The notes under the pieces: model-generated | What the model was told of the DNA's origin: nothing | Databases searched by the model: none | Seen by the model: the letters and a program-made list of their open reading frames with translations, nothing else | Program-made: the position numbers and the translations under genes | NCBI RefSeq assembly: GCF_037042905.1 | Contig: NC_087247.1 | Coordinates: 45,756,001-45,820,000 of the forward strand | DNA length: 64,000 nucleotides | Reading direction: 5' to 3' | Origin: Lytechinus pictus | Lineage: Eukaryota | Shown here: in pieces, positions 58,001 to 64,000 of the stretch | How positions within the stretch are numbered: the first letter of the stretch is position 1 | How the letters are laid out: each line of letters begins with the position of its first letter

Positions 58001-58620
58001 CAGATGTCTTGTTCTATACCATAGGGGGTGGAATGTTTGCATATACAATATACCAGTTTCTCCCTGCTGAAGGAGCTTCTCCTCCTTTAGAGAGCAGTGC
58101 TCCATCTAGAGGAACAGCAGGTTTTGTTCTAAGGCTTGTTCGTTGTCCTTTCAAGATCATGTTCAGCATTGTTAATTTGATTCCTGCATGGGCAATTTCT
58201 AATGATGCCAGCCAGTCTCTCTGGGCTTTATTCAAGCGTGATGTTCTCGTGAAGACCATTGAGATGCCCAGGTCCTCCTTGGGTATCTTCGGTCTAGTAC
58301 CTTGGATTTCTCTCATGCCACTTCGACTGGTTTTCTATTCATCTAAGTTTGTCACTACCTGGGTCATGAGATGTTTCTGGGGCTTTTCAAAATATTGTTT
58401 GGTAACAGCAGGTGCATACGTCATGATACCTGTGACTGTCAAACTGTGCTCCATGGCGGTAGATCGAAACCCAACACAAGGAAGCAACAGGACGGTGTCA
58501 GATGGTGAGAACCGTAATAATTGGTCTGTGGCACCTTGGCGAAAATTACCATTCTTATTTTGGCGTCATGTTTTTGATCTGTTCAATCAGCTTGTCTTCA
58601 ATAAGTTCAATAACGGTTAA
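52094..58620 (+). CDS. Paralogue C of the same family, ~403 aa, with a hydrophobic/amphipathic C-terminal region
   Basis: Exon 1 is 52094-52102 (MDE|gtgaag). Exon 2 is 53005-53284 (NISQGVRENVTVGICTSA..HSINNRRFAITDVRDALYDKF, phase 1). Exon 3 is 57698-58620 (GKDNVCVIAHDFPWPM..FWRHVF..stop). All joins are in frame. Confidence 0.85.
54182..54329. mobile_element. Small CAGG-terminal MITE
   Basis: TIR caggggccgcggaa / ttccgcggcccctg, 5-bp TSD tattg. Confidence 0.75.
55560..56960 (-). mobile_element. Tx1/L1-clade LINE 3' fragment (ORF2 C-terminus with CCHC zinc knuckle)
   Basis: ORF 55795-56859: FWKEVL, PLWNN..IKI, TNFLQYYGL, RWFQIKIL, CTFC..ETIMHIFCLC. Boundaries are approximate. Confidence 0.82.
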
Positions 58621-60678
58621 GGACTATGAAATTGCTGTCGTGTTTATGGATAAAGATCATGGGAATATTCTTACAAAAGATCACAAATATGAGATATGAA
58701 ACATGAACATAATTTATGTCACATGACATTATGGGGGTGGGGTTACTGGCATGTGACGTCACAAAATTGAAATTTTACGGCTTGTACCAGCTAATAATGT
58801 CCCTCGTATGGGCCACACAATGATGAACCAATTCAAGTTTTATAAAGTTTACATAATTTAGAAAGCTCAAAATCTTACAGATATCGCTTCACTTTTTTTT
58901 CTTTACAAGCCCTTATCATGTTCCTGTAGCGGCAGTATTTTACACTACATTCTAAGTTTGATAATGGGAAATGCACACGGAGGGACACAGAATTTGCATT
59001 CTTTTTAATTACTTTTTTTTCTATCAGGGTCAAGTTAGGAATAAAAAGTCCTATTTATTGGTAATGTTCACTTTCATCAAGAGTAATACACTTTAGGTTT
59101 TTCCTTCATTTTCCAAGTTTGTACTCCTGCACCATACTTCTCTTTTAATTGGTGCACTGATTCCTTTATCAGATATCAATAATGAAATAACGCTTCTCGC
59201 ATGAACATTCTCAAATTCGTGATTGGACGAGCTCGGTCAGATTAGGAAAATTAGCTATATAGTTTTATAAATTTGATTTGATTCTGAAATTAATTCAGCC
59301 GTCTGTCAGATTTGGCATAATACGAAATTGAAATATCGTTTCCACAGCAAACTTTTGTAACATTTAAGCAGGAATGAGTTGAGTGTATGTTTAATTGTGT
59401 TCAAAGAAAACTGTTTTTATATCATGAAGGGAGTTTTGATTTCAATTTATTAGATAACAATCAATTAAATAATACATGTGAAATCAACAAATGAAAACTT
59501 GAGGAAAGCCTTACTCAGCTGCGTCAATATCAAGGTGAATGCTGCATGGTCTACCAAGCTTGGACTGTGCTCTTACTAGAGTTCACTTTGTCTAACCCAA
59601 AGATAATAATTTTGAAAGATTCGTGATCACCCCAAAATGAGAAATCGACTGTCTTGGTGACAAAGTGAAAAAAGGTTAACACACTGGTTTAAATGAATAT
59701 TAATTTGTGATCGTAAGGTGTCGCAGGAAGCAGGATTATGATCATGCAATGCTCATTAATGTTGTTGCATATACCAGGGCCCGTTTCATAAATCTCGACT
59801 GTGTGTTATGATAACATGTTTGCAATAACATTTTAAAGCTGCTGAAATCACTCAATTGATTAGTTGATCTTAACTTGTCATAGAAGCATGTTTCATTACA
59901 ATACGTTTTTGTGAAACTGTACATTAGAATTTAAACGTATGTTTTTTTTTTTGTTTTTACAACTGCCCGGATTTGCAGTGTAACTACTTTTTCCATCTTA
60001 CTCAGACATTCAAAATGCAAAATGTAAATTGTTTCTCTTTACTTGTGACATTAAATGAAACATGAGGTTGATTTGATCTAAAATTGTGATATTGTGATTA
60101 TTATACGTAGTAGAGTATTAATATTATTAGTACATGTTAATTATTGTCAATCAATATACCTCTATTATCAATGAGTCAGGCAAAGGTTTTAACCAAACTA
60201 TGTGACATGTGACTTTAATGTGCACTCTCCCTATTTTGTATTGGGAGTGGAGTGACAGCCTCTTTGATTAAAAAAAGAGAAATCAATAAGAAAAAGAAAT
60301 ATAAAAAAAAAGAAGAAAAAAGGGTCCGAGATCATCGAGATGTGTTACTCTCGTGTATCCCCATGATTAATTATAATCATGGACCTATGAAAAGATGGAC
60401 GACTAACGCGAGCATTTCTTTGATCCAATGATAGTCACCGTCACCTGGTTATGCGCATCTTAATGAGAACATATACAGGTGTTGTAACAATATAGCAATT
60501 ACCATGACTGTTAAAGTTTCCCGGTCTTGATTTTTGTAGGCTGATACCCTGTTTCAGCATGTGCCTTTCAGTCAACATGCTTCATATATGGAGCAGCAAA
60601 CTTGAGGAGCAGACGATTTATATTATATAAAATATGATATTATTCGATCCGCTAACTACCGCTCACACATAAGGACCT

Positions 60679-60841
60679 AATTAGAAAGTCAAAAAGGGGC
60701 CTAAGCTTTCGATCCTAGCAGAATTGGATTCTGCTAGGATCTTTCTGCTAGGATCGAAAGCTTAGGCCCCTTTTTGACTTTCTAATTTACTCCATTGGCT
60801 CTCTTTTATTAGATAAGCAGTTTTTAGCAGCTTCTTTTTGC
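60679..60841. mobile_element. Short fold-back insertion with a 13-bp TSD (Penelope-like end)
   Basis: cacataaggacct is duplicated at 60666-60678 and 60842-60854; inside is a ~45-bp perfect inverted repeat. Confidence 0.65.
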
Positions 60842-61617
60842 CACATAAGGACCTCAATAACATTGAGAGATACGCGATCTATACATGTTATGTGCCACGT
60901 ATAATTATGTGGAATATTATGGAGAAAATTGGGAAAATTGAATTTAAATGGTAAACAATCAATCACAATATTGCCTCTATATTAAAATATGCAGACATTT
61001 CCACAAATAAAACACATGGAACTAAGATTACCAAAGGTAAACGGTAAACAAAAACTGCACATCGATTTTCCATTATTTCATTGATTTGTTATTAACTGCG
61101 CATATAATATTTGTGAAATATAAATGTCCAATCACGAACTGCTTCAGTCCCTTCTCACGGTGACGATCATATAGGACCAAAGAACACTAGTATGAAGAGA
61201 ATGTTATTCAGATAACAATTACAGTCACCTGTTAGTGAATTCATTATCTAAGTGATGAATGTCCATCTCTTCATAGGTCCATGTTCTAATTAAGAAAAAT
61301 TGCGCCACCGTTGATTCCATATCTTAATACCTTGCCAATATCCTTGTAACTGTACAACCGCGCCCTACATGGCCGTATTACCATCAGGTTGAAACTAAAT
61401 TTGCCATGAAACTTTCCACGAAATTTCGACTAAGAAGAATATTCTTATTTGAATTTCATATATAAAACAAAAAGTATGCCCCCGCAGCCCACAAAAGGCC
61501 CCACGGAAAGAAATTAGAGAAAGAAGGGAAAAACGAAAGAAACGAAAAAAAAAAGCGTTACAAATGATGCTATTATATGAGTAATATGTCAACATTTATC
61601 ACAGAATTAGGTTGTCA

Positions 61618-62390
61618 TTTTTATCTCGCCTGTATAGCACAGCGAGACAAAAGGCGCCGCTTTTCCGACGGCTGCGGCGGCGGCGTCTACATTGAAATCT
61701 TAACCTAAGAAATGACATCATAACTTAATAAGTAATGTATATAGACCTAGTTCATGAAACTTAAACATAAGCGTAATCAAGTGTTACTGAACATTCTGTT
61801 TGAGTTTCAGGTCACATGATCAAGGTCAAATCTCATTTAGGCTCAATGAACTTAGACCATGTTAGGGGAATCAACATCGAAATCTTAACCTAAGTTTAAG
61901 TTTTTGAAATGTGATCAGAACTTAGAAAGTTTATAGATCTAGTTCATAAAACATGGACATAGAGTAATCAAGTATCACTTAACATTCCGTGCGATTTTTA
62001 GGTCACATGACCATGGTCGAAGGTCATTTATGATAAATGAACTTTGGTCATTTTAGGGGGTAATTGTTGAATTGCCATCATAACTTTAAAAGTTCATTTA
62101 TCTACTTCATAAAACTTAGACATAAGAGTAATCAAGTATATTTGAACATCCTGTGCGAGTTTCAGGCCACATGACCAAAATACAAGGTCATTTAAGGTCA
62201 ATGAACTTTTGCCATTTTAGGGGTAATTGTTTAATTACCATCATAACTATGGAAGTTTATGGACATACTTCATGAAATGTGCACATAGGGGTGATCAAGT
62301 ATCACTGATCATCTTCCACAAGTCGTAGGTCACATGACCAAGGTCAAATGTCACTTAGGGTCAATGAACGTAGTATAACAGTATTATTTC
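61618..62390 (+). repeat. Helentron/HINE-like element with ~120-bp tandem subrepeats
   Basis: ttttt-atctcgcc head with a short stem and (cgg)n, then repeated ttcatgaaact..aatcaagt..aggtcacatgacca.ggtcaaaggtca units. Confidence 0.6.
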
Positions 62391-62860
62391 CTTTTTTTCG
62401 GGGGGGGGGTCCCAAACAACCTTTGCTTTTAATAAAAAAATGCCTATTTGGTAAAATGGCCTTTTACGGATTAAAGTAATTGTATTTCCATGCTTGGCCA
62501 CCTCTTGATCAGTGCGGGGGGGGGGGGCAAGATAAAGGATTAATTTGATTTTCGTATTATCCCTCTTTTTTCTTCTTTTTTTTTCTTTCTGTATTATATT
62601 TCTTAACTTTTCTTTCAGTGAAGAGAACGTAGGAATAGACTAAAATATAGTTGAAGTGATTTATGAATCTTATGTACATGTTAATATGTTTTTGTTCTGT
62701 GATTTTACTGAAAACTTGATGTATTGTAGATGTTGATGTTATGGGAATAATCAATAAACGAATACTTTAGAACAACAGCAACAACATTTTTAGGGAAGCC
62801 ACTGAAGTCAGATGTTAGATGTTTCGCCTTTTTCTTAGACTGAACCAAGACTATGCCAAC

Positions 62861-62871
62861 GGGGATTCCCC
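62861..62871 (+). promoter_or_regulatory. NF-kB/Rel-type site upstream of paralogue D
   Basis: GGGGATTCCCC 120 bp before the exon-1 donor, followed by TGACCTCG as in the copy A promoter. Confidence 0.6.
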
Positions 62872-63578
62872 ATCGCGCTGAATGACCTCGACGTTTCAAA
62901 GCGTTCGGCTGGTCATAATGCACGTATACGTGTTGTCGAGCGTGACACGCTTTGAACACAATTAGAATAACCCGGTGGGACAAAATACGAGGTGAGTGTC
63001 TATAATCTAGGCTACCATTGCGAGTTGCTAAGTGGCATATATATTTCAATTAATTTTCAGAAGTAGGCTCTATTTGATCTTTTGATTTCATATTAGAGAT
63101 TTCGGCGCGAAATGAAGAAAATGTGATCATCGTGCATGGAGGCATGGCAGAGAATTCGCCAATAATATCCGCCATCTGATGAATCATAAATGCACATAAT
63201 AATAATAACTATTTTGTAAAATCTATGTACCAAAATTACAGGATATACAAAGTGAATCTATATTTAAAGTTGATAATTACTTAGAATTATAAGGTCAGAA
63301 AAACATGGGCATACTTTTAAATGGGTTGAATCATCATTTGCATTTTTAAAATAATTTATGCTACGTTGTGTATATGTTGTGTATAATAGATTTTTATCAT
63401 CAAATAATTTTTTCTAATTAGACTTGAAGATGATGATGGATCTTAACTTTTTAATGTAAATGGAAGAACGATGATATTCCAATCAAAATTTACCTATCCA
63501 TATGAGCTATTCTTGGAATGCGTTCTGAATATAACCTAGAATAGATCCTTATTATTTGCTATCATTATCTATTGATAG

Positions 63579-63861
63579 ATGGAGAGTCAATCATCAAAGC
63601 CGAGACAGATTACGATAGGCATCTGTACATCAGCGTTAAAGTCCAACATCGAGGCTTTTATAGAGAAAGTCAAAAGTCTCCCCAATGTAGCAGTTAAATT
63701 TATTCAGCTACCATACAATGATTTAGACAGTTTTCGGCTTTCAAGTGAAGGACTGGATGGTGTGATAGTCTGTCATTCTATCAACAATCGTCGTTTTGCA
63801 ATCACAGACGTCATGGATGCACTCTATGACAAGTTCTTGCCTCATGTTCAAAATAAAATTG
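63579..63861 (+). CDS. Paralogue D, first coding exon; the gene continues beyond the window
   Basis: ag|ATG at 63579; reads MESQSSKPRQITIGICTSALKSNIEAF..HSINNRRFAITDVMDALYDKFLPHVQNKIG, with phase-1 donor g|gtaagt at 63861/2. A probable non-coding exon 1 ends at 62991 (acgag|gtgagt). Confidence 0.85.
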
Positions 63862-64000
63862 GTAAGTTAAATCAATAATTTTTGTTTGTCGTTAATATAA
63901 GAACACTTTTTGTGTGCGCGTTTGTTTGCGTGTATAAAGTTAAAAATGTACGTCGAGTAAAATATAATTAAACCAATAAAAACAAACATAGAACAAACTG

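Overview
AT-rich eukaryotic (metazoan) genomic DNA with GT-AG introns and two assembly gaps. The repeat content is consistent with a marine invertebrate such as a sea urchin, but that is inference. Left third: the last 11 coding exons and probable long 3' UTR of a DENND6 (FAM116) gene on +. From 25.5 kb to the end lies a cluster of four paralogues (A-, B-, C+, D+) of an uncharacterised gene family, with a GT10 alpha-1,3-fucosyltransferase gene (single coding exon) in the middle. Each paralogue has a tiny first exon and a conserved ~170-aa alpha/beta (TIR/flavodoxin/Rossmann-like) domain with an HSINNRRFAITDVxDALYD motif, split by a conserved phase-1 intron. Where visible (A, B, C) this is followed by a highly divergent hydrophobic membrane tail. 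The three apparently intact copies each carry a GGGATTCCCC NF-kB-type site ~120-190 bp upstream of the end of exon 1. Their core exon shows signs of gene conversion. Copy B has a premature stop and a degenerate motif. This family is the best candidate for an undescribed, probably immune-inducible, system. The window is also dense in mobile DNA: a near full-length degenerate CR1/L2-type LINE, a Tx1/L1 fragment, tRNA-SINEs, solo LTRs, many MITEs, and a nested TE stack including an AcademH-like element with a RecQ helicase relic and a perfect 9-bp TSD.
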